A DNA stretch of 64,000 nucleotides from Balanoglossus misakiensis (taxonomy: Eukaryota > Animalia > Hemichordata): contig CM082596.2 in assembly GCA_040954595.2 (NCBI GenBank), forward strand, positions 780,736-844,735, in the 5' to 3' direction. Positions 25,979-40,745 of this stretch are shown here, piece after piece. Position numbers and translations under genes: made by a program. Within the stretch, counting starts at the first letter, position 1. The number at the start of each line of letters is the position of its first letter. Under the pieces are notes generated by a model. The model was not told the origin of the DNA. It worked only from the letters and a program-made list of their open reading frames with translations, and searched no databases.

Positions 25979-28900
25979 CCAATCGTGATAATTTTTCTTT
26001 TGTATACACAATTGTCAGTTATTTTTACTTTCGTTTACGGCGATATCAGTATAGGTAGAAAATGTTAGCTCTCGAACTCAGTGCTTTGTCCCACTCACTG
26101 TGATAATTACGATAAACCCAGATATGAACACGACTCATTCAATGATGACAAGCAGTTGTCACGATTCAAAAAGCCCATTTTACAATAGTATAATAAAAGT
26201 GGAAATGCTTGAATACGAGAAAGCCATGGTTTTGACATTTAAATAAAACATGACCGTCCCTGACTTTAAATCATTGTAATATGTAAAGTAATAACCAGCT
26301 TTGTGAAGGTGCATATGTATGTGACTGTGCAGGGTGCCTTGCATTTGATTTTTGTGGCTTTCAATCATTGATAGTTGTACCAAAGTCAATCAACATTTTA
26401 AACATTTTCCGTGTCTAAACGCCAGGTGAGTTAATTTCCTCTGTAAAGCACATCGTTTGCATAAACCATGACAACTACTCACCATTACAATGCTTATACA
26501 TCAGGATATATTTAGAACTTTTCACTTTTTGACTAAAAGGTTTGCACTCGACAAATAAAAGAAAATAAAATGCTTTCAACATGGACTGAATTCTTCTACC
26601 AACATGAAACTAATCCAGTTTCTTTCAAAAATACAAGCATTGATGGCCCTTTTTTACAATAACTTCTGTATTGCAATCATCTGTAATTTGTTATAAAAAG
26701 ATTGAACCCTGGCAGTTAAGCATTAGTTGAAATGATTTCCACTTTTTGATCAAGTATGATGGTTTTCTTGGAGTAGTGCCAGTTTCTCCTCCAAAAGCAA
26801 TTATCGTACATTTTTGATGAAACGTTAAACACAGCTGCGCAGGGCCATGATGGGCTGTCGACGTCTGCAAGCTCAGCAAGATGACTACCTTCATGATTCA
26901 ACTCAGGGACTGATTTTCAGAAAAAAAATTATAGTTCTTCAAAGTTTTGTTGTAATAATTAGTTAAAAGCACTGCAATATTATATTTTCTTGGTGTGTAC
27001 GGTATACCATATTTAATATGAATCACTTAGCCCCTCACTTTCTGTTGTTTTGCTCTGTTGTCCAAGTCATCTGGACAGAAATCTGGAGGTGGTCAGCTGC
27101 AATTGATGATGAAATATTAACTATGACTACTGCTCTTGTGGAACAGGAAGAAAGAGTTTCGTAACACCAATGCTCATTTGCACGTTTTCAATCTCTATCA
27201 AACTATGTACACAAGGACATACCCGTTTATATCTGTGTGGTTTCTATAATTTGTTTCGTAGACATGGTAATTAAAAAATTATGATAATCATGATAATAAT
27301 AATTTGACCTGATTGAGTGTCATATTACACGCTCTAGGTAAATTTGACAAGCTGTCATCCCACTAGCTATAAAAAGTCATATGGGCTTTCTATCAATCCT
27401 CATATAAGTTGCTACACACGAAAGAAATTAGCTGAGCAAAAAGTCTTTCAAGGAAGTTTGCTTAGCAAAAATCTCTCTTGTTCAGAAGTTTTTCAATCTT
27501 TAGGAGTAATTTATTCCCACAGTCATGGTATTAACTTTCGGTGTGGTTCTAGTGCTTTATCGCAGCACACATGTACAAACCAAGTGCAGCAGTCAGTTGT
27601 GCAAGGGATATAAAGGACCCGTTATTGAACTAAGCACAGAGATTCATTCTACAATTATGTATACATTTGCTGTAAGGTCCAGTCTGAAGTCTACTGCGGT
27701 ACCCTTACAAAGCATGTAATTACATGATCAGCTCTGTGCTATTAGCGATATGATGGCTCTATTTATTCTTAAAATAACTGTGTAATGTAGTCTAATTGCA
27801 AACCCAAACACCAGCCAGGTTACACATACACATTTGCGGTTATTACTGTTGAACACTGGTTGTCTTTCATGTTATAAAGATTTACATAAATATTATAATC
27901 AATTAGTAAAATATTGGTCGCCTTTGGCAATGACTTCTATGTTAGTTAGGGGCATTGTTTTGTGCATGGCAAATTTTATATTTGTTTTGATGTACAAAAT
28001 GTAAGTGACACAGCCTGTAGAATTGTCCACTACAGCTATACATGTATCATCGTGTTGAAAGCAGGTAGGTTCTTGGCTGAGTTCCAAAATGATGCTGTTG
28101 CAAGCTGTGAATTTACATCACGTACGAACCGCACACTCAAAATGAATTAACACATTTCATCGAAATAATATCTGACAGTCACATCACAATTGAAACTGAA
28201 ATTACTGACCGCATCAAAGTACACAGTGTTGTTCCCAAACCATAAAAACTATTCTGGCAAGCACAGACAAAACATTGTCAATTAAATTTGTTTTTGTTTT
28301 TATTTCCTTGAAACTGGAATTCAGTGGTTTCTCTTTATGGGAGCAAGCATACATGCAATGATAGTTCAATGTCACTTGAGGACGTCATAATATTGTTAAA
28401 TTGTGTGAAATATAATTGTACAATCTTTAAATATTCATATTTTAATATGGGCAGCCTATGCTATAATCACAAGCACAGGGTGACTTGGCTATGCGTCAAC
28501 ATCATATCAAAATATGAGCCAAATGTAATTCTTATCGTGATATTATTAATGTTCGTATGAAAGTGCCGCATCTTGATGCAAGTTTCCGATAAAGGTTCAT
28601 AATTTGCTGTGTCTACATAAAAGTCAGGCGTGGGGTTTAATCTTCGACGGAAATTGGAAGGAAAAGGGGTTGCCGCTTTCCGACATCAAGCGGCGGTGTT
28701 CCTAATTATCATGCACAGAACAAACATATTCTTTCACCAGCTGGCGTAACATATTGCCGACGCTGTTTCAATTTCAGTCATTACATCTCCGTACCCTCCT
28801 CCGCAACACAAGAGTGCTTCGATTCTCTTGCCAGTATGAGCTTAAAAGGTGACTCCACTATCAATATCCAAATATAACCTCACCTGTTCCTAAAAATACA

Positions 28901-29369
28901 AGATTCTAAAAGTAGAAAAATAATACCGGCAACCCAATTTTAATGTGACCTTTCTAACCAATGTGACTGGTAGCTTTTCATGCAGTTTGAAGCATGCTAC
29001 TAATCGCCAATTGTAATATCATCATGCTGGCATAATTGAAAAAAAAAATGAAATGTGTGCGTAATATGCTTTGAAATTTTTAAGTTTTGGAAGAATTAGA
29101 GTTTATTGCCTAATCGCATGACATCTTAATATCCGAAAAATATAAATGACAACCCCGACTGAACACAAAAAAAGCATGAAAAAAGGGTCGAAAAGTTAGT
29201 GTCTCCAAACACAATGAATGTGCTCTTGCCGCCATTTTGGAAATCTTTGGTGGATCAGTTTTTGTTCTTGTATCGCAAAAAAATGGATACTTATACATCG
29301 CAATTCATGAGATCAGTATATAGTCACATGTCAAAGTCGCCACCTCTTTTATAACACAAGGCAGTCATT

Positions 29370-29523
29370 GGGGGGGGGGGGGGGCTGTGGTATGAACCCG
29401 ACTCGTCGTGGGCCATTTCCAAGAACTTTCTACATGGAACCCATCACTGCGGGTCGATTTCCAGGAAAACTCCTGACTCACGTCTCCAGTCATTTCCTGG
29501 AAATCTCTCGGGGAACCCGACTC
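29370..29523. promoter_or_regulatory. G15 run followed by a cluster of three STAT (GAS) motifs and one AP-1 motif
   Basis: G15 at 29370-29384; TTCCAAGAA 29417-29425; TTCCAGGAA 29459-29467; TGACTCA 29474-29480; TTCCTGGAA 29494-29502. Confidence 0.4.
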
Positions 29524-30723
29524 ATAAAAAAGACAAGAGAATCCATGCAGGGCGTCGATGAAATATTCATCTTAATACTGATGAAAGAGTACGCGGCGAC
29601 AGCAAAACTAGTTAACAGAAAAACTGGGCCGTGTCGTCTGGGACCAGATCTTGTCGGCACTGCAATGTGTATAAGCAATCCGAACTACAGAATAGACTTA
29701 TCGTCGACTCAATCAGAAAATAAAAGACATTTTGATTTATTGTCTGATGAAAGTCTGTTTCACTTAATGAGTACAACTGTAGTATGATGTACAGGGGGCT
29801 TAATCTTTGTTGAGATCGATTATTATTATGGCTGTCCATATCACTAGGCCACAATCGCATTCTGATTTTTTATCTGTAACAGTTTTATCAAACTTTTTAA
29901 AATGCATTTATAATTCATTAGATATTTTTGCGTTTGATGCGCGTGTTGCTGGTTAAGCGCACCGTACGACCCATTAAAAACTTGTACAACCACCTTCTCT
30001 GTCAGTGAAAAGTTGCTTTGAAATGGTGGTGACGCTATATATGCCATGCGTCGGCTATGATCATTTTGGTTGTACGCTACCCTAGCTCAGACAGGCCACT
30101 TTTTCAAATAAATCCCTAAACATGGATTGACGGTGACCCCACCCCATCATAAAAACATTTCAAAAGGAATATATTTTTTCTTAATACGGAATCGAAACAA
30201 TATTAAATTGAAGTTAAAATAATAAGAAAACTGAACACGTTGTCAAGGGTGTGAACAGATTTGAGGATTTCAAGGAAATGCATCCTCCGATGAGTAAATT
30301 TGTCGGGTTCGCTTTGAAATCAATGCTCGCGAGACGAGTAATTAACTTCAGGAATCGGTCGAATTGAAGTTAGAGCATGTTTACTGCAAGGTAATTGCAG
30401 CTTTACTATAATTAATCACAGCAGCGGAAATACTGCATACTAGTATTTTCCTCATTCGATTGAACAATTTACTTGGAGTTGAAAATCCCCATTGTGTACT
30501 TGACTATTTACGACCATGCTTTGGTGGATTTCTTACACCTTAAAACTTGAAGTGGTCATTTAGTTGAAAGCGGTTTGCACTTTTCAGATCATTGAACGAT
30601 TTGCATTCGGATCTTTCAGGCAATGCCATTCAGTGTTTAAACAATTCATTCTGCCAGGAAGATTGTATTACATCGTTCTGAAGTGTCTGTGTGTGTGCGT
30701 GCATGTATCATCTGTCTCTGTGC

Positions 30724-30724
30724 C

Positions 30725-30757
<33 letters not shown>
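30724..30757. repeat. (CTGT)n microsatellite
   Basis: Directly visible ctgtctgtctgt... tract. Confidence 0.95.
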
Positions 30758-30758
<1 letters not shown>

Positions 30759-31387
30759 ACCGCCTGCTAGTCTCGGAACGGAGGAAGCTTCACGCAATTT
30801 ACAAAGACGTAAAGACAGAATTATTAGGATTGTAATTATTGATTTTGAATACATCCAAGGTCATTTTCCATTGGTAGCAATTACCGATCAAAAGTCTCCC
30901 ATCGATTGTTTTTTGCATTGTGTTCAACATTCCTAATTTCTATTACGTAAAAGGGAAGATATGTTATACCATTTCATTTTTATTTTTCTGTGTATCAAAT
31001 GCATAACATCTCTTGTTCTTGACGATACAAACTGGAATATATTCGCTTCTTGGAACATTAAAACAGTTCGCGCATATGTGTGTAATTAATGCCAATTTCG
31101 TATACATTATACATTCAAAATTAGGCGACAACATCATTGTGCATGAACACAATGTCGAATAAGAGCGCCAGACGTTCATTTGTGTTTTTTAATTAGCCAC
31201 GCCTGATTGGCCATATTGGGATTGAAATTGCAATGCTTGCAGTTGTACTGTCGCTTTGTGAAAAAATTGATTTTGCTGTACTTCGTTATGATCTGATAAA
31301 GTGTATCACCAGCAAGAGAATTCCGTTGTGTCTCGTGCCTTTAACACGCAACATCTCCTAGCCTATACAGTTGACCCCTCTTAATTA

Positions 31388-31437
31388 ATTGATTGATTGA
31401 TTGATCGATTGATGGATGGATGGATGGATGGATTGAT
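31388..31437. repeat. (ATTG)n/(ATGG)n compound microsatellite
   Basis: attgattgattgattgatcgattgatggatggatggatggatggattgat. Confidence 0.9.
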
Positions 31438-32021
31438 CCTTAATTACTCTGTAGAGTTTTTGTCCAAAATGTGTAATTTTAATTTGTCATGTCTCAGAAA
31501 TGTGTAATCGTTACCTAGATTATATATAACTAACGCGAACCAGCCAAAAAATCAATGCAGAACGCAGTATTACTCGTGTTTTTTCAATTTTCTCGCCGGG
31601 CTTCATTCCATAGAAGCAAAACGAAGAGACAAGGTCAAATTTTCAAGTAGCTGACCAAATTTCACCAATGCAAACGTCTACATGGCTTGGCAGAAACAGA
31701 TGTGTACAAACATTGCAGTTTGTAGAGATCCAAATACATTGCACGGTAGACGATACACTCGGCTCCTGAATTCATTCTTGTTTATTTTGAATTCCTGCTG
31801 TAGGTTTCAATTATATGGTCGTGTTCTGACATCCTAGTGTTGTGGAATTCGATAAATGTTCAACAAATTAAGCCTTTCGTTTCGTGACAGTTCGCGTATT
31901 TCCTGTGCGATTTCAGTTATATTCAGTTCTGACGATTTGAGTGACAAGTTGATAAAAATTTAAAGCAAAACGATGCCTTCTCACATTCATTTTTTGAGCG
32001 AAAAATCGGCTTGCCATTTGC

Positions 32022-32022
<1 letters not shown>

Positions 32023-32109
<87 letters not shown>

Positions 32110-32122
32110 TGTGAGAGAGACA
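32023..32122. repeat. Long (GA)n dinucleotide microsatellite about 0.8 kb upstream of the KCNH start codon
   Basis: Pure GA run at 32031-32107 with imperfect flanks. Confidence 0.97.
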
Positions 32123-32783
32123 GAATGAAAGCAGATGAGAGAAAATTGCCATGATGAGTTGCAAGTGGATTTTCTGATGAAAATGTGTTTCCAAGTGATG
32201 GTGCAGATGTTCATCTACGCTCAAATATTCACAAAGCTGAAGGGTTCCATGCCAGCGCAATATTTGAGAGGAAAATGTGACAAAACCATTAAATTTGAAG
32301 GGGTGGACATTTCTATAATCACCGACAGGAGTGTAGCTCTCTGAGAACATAACTGTAAAAAATGATCTTTGTAATCCTCTAAACCATTAACCAATTTATT
32401 TATATTATATTTTGCAGGTGGATACAATTTGATGAAAAGGATAACAAGATTACACACCATATAATGATGTGAAGTTAATGACGGACAGTGTGATGATGGC
32501 TGGCCACCCCTTGCAAGCGAATGATTCGGTCATCTGCATATGAAAGCAACGTGCTTCCGTATATCGCGTGTGGCACAGGGCTGGTAATAGCTGAACGAAC
32601 AGTGAAAGATAATCATCCGTATCCTCAATACACGCGGTCGTTTTATCCATCCTGCAAGCAGGTTGTTGCTCCATATCGTAAGCGGATTTCTCGATTCTCT
32701 AACCACCGACGGTTGCTGGAATGTGCCCAGACTGGGATAAATAAAATAAACAGTCAACATAAACAGTCTACATCAGTGGTGAA

Positions 32784-32801
32784 ATGATGATGATGATGAT
32801 G
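32784..32801. repeat. (ATG)n short repeat in the putative KCNH 5' leader
   Basis: atgatgatgatgatgatg. Confidence 0.85.
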
Positions 32802-32906
32802 CGGACGGGATGTGCGGTATGAATCGCGACTGCTTCATCACTGTCGCTACGTTACAGCTTAGAAATGGACATGTAGTCACTACTTCTCACGTCGAGCGAT
32901 CACTAA

Positions 32907-33233
<327 letters not shown>

Positions 33234-34157
33234 TAACCTGCCCGCATCATCTCTGTTTATTCACTGCAGCATGTATCCGCACGTAAAATACAGACAGGGA
33301 ATTATATTTTGCTTGTGAATAAAGTTAGAGCCTTATTCCTGTCCCCCAGGCTATTGTATCACAATTACTGTTGGATTTGAAAGATAAACAACTATCAGCT
33401 ACATAAGCGAGTGGAATTCTATGGTTATTATTTTATCATATTTAAGCCGGGCATTATATCTGATCTAACGGGGTGGCACCATTTTAGGGCAATATTTCTA
33501 CCTGCTGTTTGCAATCACGTTTAGACACAGCAGTCGTTTAACCCGTCGAGACGTTGAAAATGTATTGGAAAACGTTCTTGTCAAGTTTTGCGCGTCTCTG
33601 ACTAGAAAAACCAGGCTGTGGTACAGCTGGCGACGACGTTAGAATCAATTTGACCAGGGAGAGAGTTCGGATTGCTGTATTGCCACTCGACACCAGATCA
33701 TCAACTGATCATCGCTCGCTAAAGTCTGTTCAATGCTGGAGGAAGCACCGCCCGCAGAGGCAAAAGAGGAAATGGAGCTAGTGAAATAAGCAGAGAGTGA
33801 TATTTTATTTGCAGCGTATTTGTGTCAGTGGCATCGGGCAGCACATTAAAATTATAGTGCATACCATACATCCAGAAGACTATCCAGTCCAACTTATGGG
33901 TAAAAGCATAAATATAATTTTGTGCTCCGATTTACAATGTATAACTGACCGTGTCAGCTTGCTGTCACGAGCGTGACTATTGTAACATTAACATGCTACA
34001 CTCCAGGAAAACAAAAGGAGCACTGATGTGATTAAAAGTGACAATTCATCTAATCCATCCAATAAGTGCCTCATTAATATTACTGGTAAAATTGTTAAAA
34101 CCCTTGCTTGTCAGTCATGAACTGGCCTACAAAGACCAGATCATTGTTGAAGAAACG

Positions 34158-34179
34158 ATCAATCAATCAATCAATCAAT
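34158..34179. repeat. (ATCA)n microsatellite
   Basis: atcaatcaatcaatcaatcaat. Confidence 0.9.
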
Positions 34180-37100
34180 GATGGATTTCTTTTTCAAGTC
34201 TACAACAATGATTGATAAGCACTTCTAAAAAATACACATTTTTCTGTCTCTCTTGACTTTAAATTTAAAATTTGTCAAAAATAGAAATTATCAGAGAATG
34301 GTAAAGTCAACAGTAGTATGTTACAATATTGCAAGGAGATAGATTCTTGAAGATAAATATTATGAGACCAACATAGGTTAGTTATAATACTACTAATAAT
34401 ATTTGCATGGAAAATGTAAAATTTGTGAATTAAGTTCAAACAATGTAGCAGCATTGTATCTCTGTATATGCAAATAATTGCACAGAATAATGAGAGGATA
34501 ATTGTTTATATCATCAAATAGCAACAGGCAGTTGTCATGAATGATATTTCTAAGAACACTGGTTAACAACCTACTTTGTAAGAAGGTAATAGTAAAGATA
34601 TTACAATGTACTTCTAACGACTACTATTTGTCTGCTGCTGCTGTCAAGAAAATTATTTAAAACCATTGTGTTATACATTTGCATACTTTTAATTATAGTA
34701 ACGTTTGTTTGTCATATGGTGTACATATTTAAGTTGCAAGAGTGTAGAATATGATGGTTGAAATTTAAAGTGTTTGCAAAAATATAATTTTATTCTCTGT
34801 ATACCAGTATTGGAAACTGCAAAAGGAACTGTTTAAAAGGTCTCATGATTTCCGGGAAAAAATAAGCAAATTTTTAAAAACTTCCGAAGATAATCATTCT
34901 CTATTTGGAATTCCTCCTGCAATTTTCATCCTATCTAATCCCTTGTGGGTTAAGATCTAGCAATAGCAGATTTTCACGTAATTTTCTCTCTGGGAGAAAT
35001 TTCGCAAGACGTTATCTCAGAGACGGTATGACCATGAGTAAGATATTGCATGTCGTACCTCAAAGTGTGTATCATGAGGCCAATCTAATAGAAGACTGTC
35101 AGATTAAGCAGCAAATGAGAGTAGAGGAAGATTACGTATCTGTGACCAAACTTGATATGCTTGTGTGAGTAATCCTGCCAGAAGGGATTCCATATTCGAT
35201 CATATCGATCCTGACAAGATAGAGGTGTTGTGTGAGGATTGGGCATATTTTTAGTACAGTCTCTCGGTGTATCTTACATCTGCGTATCACGACCTCACCT
35301 ACTCAACTCGACGTCACCCACTTAGAATCACACAACTGTTTGTACTCCCCCCACCCACAATCCACACTTTTGCCATTTGGTAATTTTTTCCCCACCTTCT
35401 CCGACCAATCACAGTGGTGAGAGATATCACTCTCTGATAAACAGTATCTGTAGGAAAGACCGCTGTCTACACACATTTCTGAAGTACCTACACCAAGGTG
35501 ATATATTTCTGTTCCATGCTACGCTTTTAAGCATGTCCAACTCGAACGTCAGATCCCTATCACTATTATACCTGAACAGCTGTCTGTGAAGATACGGTGG
35601 CCTTCATTTGAAACCTTGTTCTTCTTTTAGTTTTCATATTACATGTATTTCTATTTTATACACCAGTGGCATATGATATCCTTTTATGAACTTATTTTAA
35701 TCTTTGATACAGTATACTTTCACATACAGAAAAATAAAAGTGGAAGAAAATAACAAGATTGGGGCAAAATAAATAATCTTCACAAAAAGCATGAGAAAAA
35801 TAATACAGTAGAAGTATCATGTAGTCAATACTTTTCAAAAGGATTTATGGCTCCCGGGTGAAATCGGGAAATGAATGCGTAAAGTATCCATGCCCAGCTG
35901 AATACTGTTTAAAGGGATTCTGTGCGCATTATATCATTGTTTGCCAGACGTGTACACAAGAGAAACTCTCCACAATGTCGCCACAGAAAAATCAGACATA
36001 TGTCAGTGTCTGTACCACTTATGCATTATTGAGGAACAATAACAAGTACATTGTACAGGCAGAAAAGGCAACAATTGTACATGCATCGATCGGTTGTGAA
36101 TAGAGACTCCAAATCAGCAGTGTATATTCATCAATATTCCTTGTATTTGTCTGTATGAAGGGGAAATTGCAGTCATGTCTGTGAGTAGCTTCAGGGTGTC
36201 CTATTGATTTTTCAGCATTCAAGCTTTATTCTTATTCTGCTAATACGACAGCCCCCTGCATCAGAGTCTATCTGCGCAATGCTTGATGGCTATTTTATGA
36301 GGTTTCCCATTTCTACCCAGCAGTGCTTTGAAGATGAATGTGCCACATATTATAAAAGATTTATGCATTTTAAACACATCAAGGTCTTGACTCTAACTTC
36401 AGGTGATACATGCAGATGAATTAAACAGGTGTAAACTGGGATATTCTCTTTAATTCTTCAGGTGGCCTAGCCCTGATTGCAAAATGACTCAGGACTTGAC
36501 TGTAGTAGCTAGACTAAAATACAATCGGAGATGACAACACTTGGTCGTCTACACCTCATCACTTTCATTGCTTTCAAGTTCACATAAATCAGTGTGAAAA
36601 TTGATCAAAAATGAGTTTATGCAGCAGAGTTTGTGTGCAGGTCAGAGATAATGAGTGTTGAACTGGGATAATTTGACTCCTTGCTTTGAAAGGTTGTTTT
36701 CAAAGTGGCCGGAACATGTATCCCTGGAGATGCCAGTAAAATCGCCCCTATATATATAACTGACCATGACATAAAAATAATATTTGAAATATTCCATTGG
36801 TCAATATTTATTGAAGATGAATAGCTGTGAGTGTCTCGAACACTATTTGTTTTTAAACAGGCTTGAGATGTCCCTTTGCAGATTTTTGCAAACAGTTAAA
36901 AAAATAATTTAGTGGCAAAATAGCTATTTTTAGTGTAAAATGGGTCCATATCAAAATTAGCACAGCCTGCTGTTTTAGAAGGTCTGAAATTAAATAATTC
37001 AAAACAAATTCAGAGTGAGCAAATACTGCAATGCTTTCATACAGCTCTGTTGGTTGGTTATGGGAAATTTGACAATAGAGAACATTAAGAAATTAGGACT

Positions 37101-40100
37101 AAGGATTGGTTATCGATTAAATATTTATTTGATTTTTTAGCCTTGACTTAAGTTATTACTGTCGAGTCACTAATTATTTGATATAAGAATGATATTTGGA
37201 AAGTGTTAAATATTAATATTAGGGGCGGATATCAATATTTGCTTGTGAGATACCTTGGGTTTCTGCTAGGTGGCTGATGTGAAGAACACATGTCAAAAAA
37301 ATCATTAAGGGGACAGATTCGTTGTCTTTTGATACTTGTAGTTGGTATGAACATTCATGTTTTCTGCCTAATTATACAGAATTGTCACTTCTCACAACTT
37401 CTAAATATAACACTTGCATGTCAGTGCAGTACAAAACAGACCAGGAATTTTATCAATTATTTGGTCTGTATTTGCATTGGAAATCAACAAGAAAAAATGG
37501 ATGTCCTTTTAATACATCAGACTATTCAATCTATGTGTGAATCAGACTGAGTATGATTTTACTGGGTGAAAAGACAGTTTAAGATGTTTATAAAACAGAG
37601 TGCTATCAATTTTAAGATTGATGAGTATTTTGCCATTAGAGAAGGATATTATTCAAGGTGAAAACACTTATATCAGCATCATGTTGTCGTGTTGAAACGT
37701 CAATACAGTTTTCACTCAGGCTACTTTCCTCCCCGGCCAATTTTAAATTTCTTGCTGATTAATGATCTAACTCCGGCCAATTTTCCCAACATGCTGTTTT
37801 ATAGCCTTGGACAAATTTTCACTGTGATCAGTGTTTACCAGTGGTGTATTTTTGCTCTTGGCAATTGTCTCTCATCTGTTTTCATTCTGTTAATTCTGTC
37901 TGTCTGTCTCTCAGTCTGTCTCTGATAATAGAGTAAAATTTTACCACTTTGGAAATCAATATAATAAGTTCCCCAAAACAATTATCTAATATTGAAAGGT
38001 CATAGTGGCAGATAAGTTAGTAATGAAATATTTTATTTGAATAAAAACCCTAGACCCCAGTTTAATGGAAAATATAGCAACCCTGAAGTTAAATAAATGT
38101 CTCTAATTTTATCTATAAAATATGTGAGCACTTGACATTCATTTCTATTGATTAATGAGAGTCTGAAAATATTGAATTATGCATCATAGTTCATTGTTGA
38201 CAAGATTACGATTGTATAATGTCAAAGAGTACTCAATGGAATAAATTGATTAATTAGTCAGTGTTGCTTTCTGCACCATCATGTAATAAATTTTAAAAAA
38301 AATATTTTAGATACGTAGCTCACACACAAGTTTGTTTTCTCATGTGTTTACAAATGCAATATTCAATGAGCTTTTCCTGCTACTGTCAGACATGGTTTTT
38401 TTGTGTGAAGTTAATTGAAATTTTGCTTGAATTTTCACCATTTTGAATCAAAATGCTTGAACAGGAAGCATGTGACTGAAGAAACAGCAGAACATATGGT
38501 ACTTGATCCACGCAAAAAAACCAACACCACACAACTCCGGAAAATAGATAATGGAAATAATTTACTTTCATCCATTCTTTGCTTTTTTAACAGATATTTT
38601 GCTGTAATTGAGTGACATCATTGTATTTTTAATATCTGAGATCATTTTTCTTTTGTTCGTTGCCGACTAGGCAGTGAACATTTAATGGGATTTCTCTATA
38701 TAGAAGAAATATAAAGTTGCTGGTATCTGCTTTGCACTGAACTCAATACTCTAGATGACTGTTGCAAGGGTATAATTTCACATTCATCAGGTTCCTGCTA
38801 GGCTGAATCGTTCATGCAAAACCTTTCTTCTGTCTAGCCATGCACGTTAGCTTTTCAAAGTAGATTGTAAACTTATACCGTGCAGAAATACATGTATGGC
38901 GCAGAGTGACATTGTCAATAACAGATACATATTAGCCCTATCCTCTAAATGATTGGTTATAAGCTGAGAGATCCTAGCACTAACAGAAGCAATGCCCACA
39001 GTTACAAGAGATGATCTTTCACTTATTGAGGGATCTCGCGAGACTTGGTAGCCATATAGCCTTGTGTGAAATTAGAATAAGTGCAGATCATGTGGCATGA
39101 TCTCCAGTAAAATAATTGAAATTTATTGACCCACCCATTGGTTGCTTATAAAATTCTGGGTATATATCAATATATTTCAAAGAAACTGTGGAATTTGAAA
39201 TCTAGGAATAGGAATAACTTGAGACGAAAAAATCGACGAAAGAACATTTGCATATTAAATGAATGTATGATTGCTTGGTGTATGTTTCACAATGCTCTTA
39301 CATTGATATTTAAACTGATACACTATGGAGACAAAAATATAGTACACATGTGTTGTATAGTAGTGTCCATTACACTGTCTGGATTACTTGGATTCAATAA
39401 TCTCTAATAACACTCAACTTTAGATCAAATTTCCCCCAAAATGTGGCATATTATGCATTTTGTTTGGCGGCCATATGAGCAGAATCATAATGTGTTGATC
39501 CTTTAAGCTATAGTGCATCCATTCAAGTTTATTTGATTTATTGCAGGTTGCCTGTGCTGCTGTGCTTGCATTATGTTGATTTCACGAAATGTAAATTTAT
39601 CTAAATACTCTGTTTAGTACAGCATTAATACTGGAGCTTCACTGAGCTGAGGGTTATATATGGGTTTTATTTGCAATTGTGTAGCCATATCAAAAATTAT
39701 TGTAATATATAATTATTTTCTATACAACTCTAATGATTTTAGAAGATGCAGATGTGAAAAATATTGCACACAAATCAACATAAAATAATAAATGTGCAAA
39801 ATTAAGTAAGAAGAGAATGATCACACACATTTATTAATATCTTGGATACCAGAAGACAAAATTCCATCCCTAATTTTAGAAATGTTATCATTAACATATA
39901 TTTTCTCTTAATCTGACTATTAAAGTGTAGACTCCGCCTCTAATATTACTGACACTAGTCTAGGAACTGGTCTCATCATTCTATTACTATACTAGCTATT
40001 AGCATTGGGCCTCTGACAAGGACAATTAAGTTGACGATGGATGTATATAAATACACAGTATTAAGGTCATTGTTCTGTCATGTTTTCTTTTGATATCCAT

Positions 40101-40504
40101 TGCTCAGTGTTTATGGAACTTGTAGCCTGACGTTGATACACATGGCATTGTTTTGATCATGCCAAATATCTGCTACCGTATGATATGCAAAGTGTATAAT
40201 ATGTTGAGTAGATACATGTGTGTATATATACTAGTATACCAACTTATTACCAAAAAACATATTTTGCATCTTTTTATTTTAGTTCTGACACAAATGAGAG
40301 ATTATATAATTGCTAGGCAACAGCTGCTGGGCATATTCTAAAAACAAATTGTTTCAGTGCAACCAATGGTAAGCACCTCTGCTGATCTTTGACCTTGTAG
40401 AAATGTACACACGGCATACTCGTGTAGTGCAGTATCAAAAAATCACTTTGAATCTTCATATTCAGTGCGAAAAATCTGTAATTGTAATTGATTAATTGTG
40501 ACAG

Positions 40505-40745
40505 CTAGTCAAGACTCCTTAGCATGGATGCAAATGTCATCTAGACCCCTTAGTAAAGATAGGAATGCCACACAGCCAACAGTCTGCACCCTCTAGCATG
40601 CATGGGGATAATGCCGGGGGGATAATGTCATACTGCCAATTGCCTAGACCTCCTAGCATAGTTTAATATGATTAATATGAACCCCTGGCATAGATAACAT
40701 CACACTGCCAACTAAGACCCCTAAGCATTGATATTACCACTGAGA
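40505..40745. repeat. Degenerate minisatellite, about 35-45 bp unit, about 6 copies
   Basis: Recurring agac(c/t)cc(t)tagcat..gataatg(t/c)cacactgccaa units. Confidence 0.7.

Noticed and set aside
31913-32350. ORFs with SLSLSL repeats
   Set aside because: Artefact of the (GA)n tract.
40505-40745. CRISPR-like repeat-spacer appearance
   Set aside because: The repeats are degenerate, the spacers are mutually related, there are no cas genes, and the context is eukaryotic.
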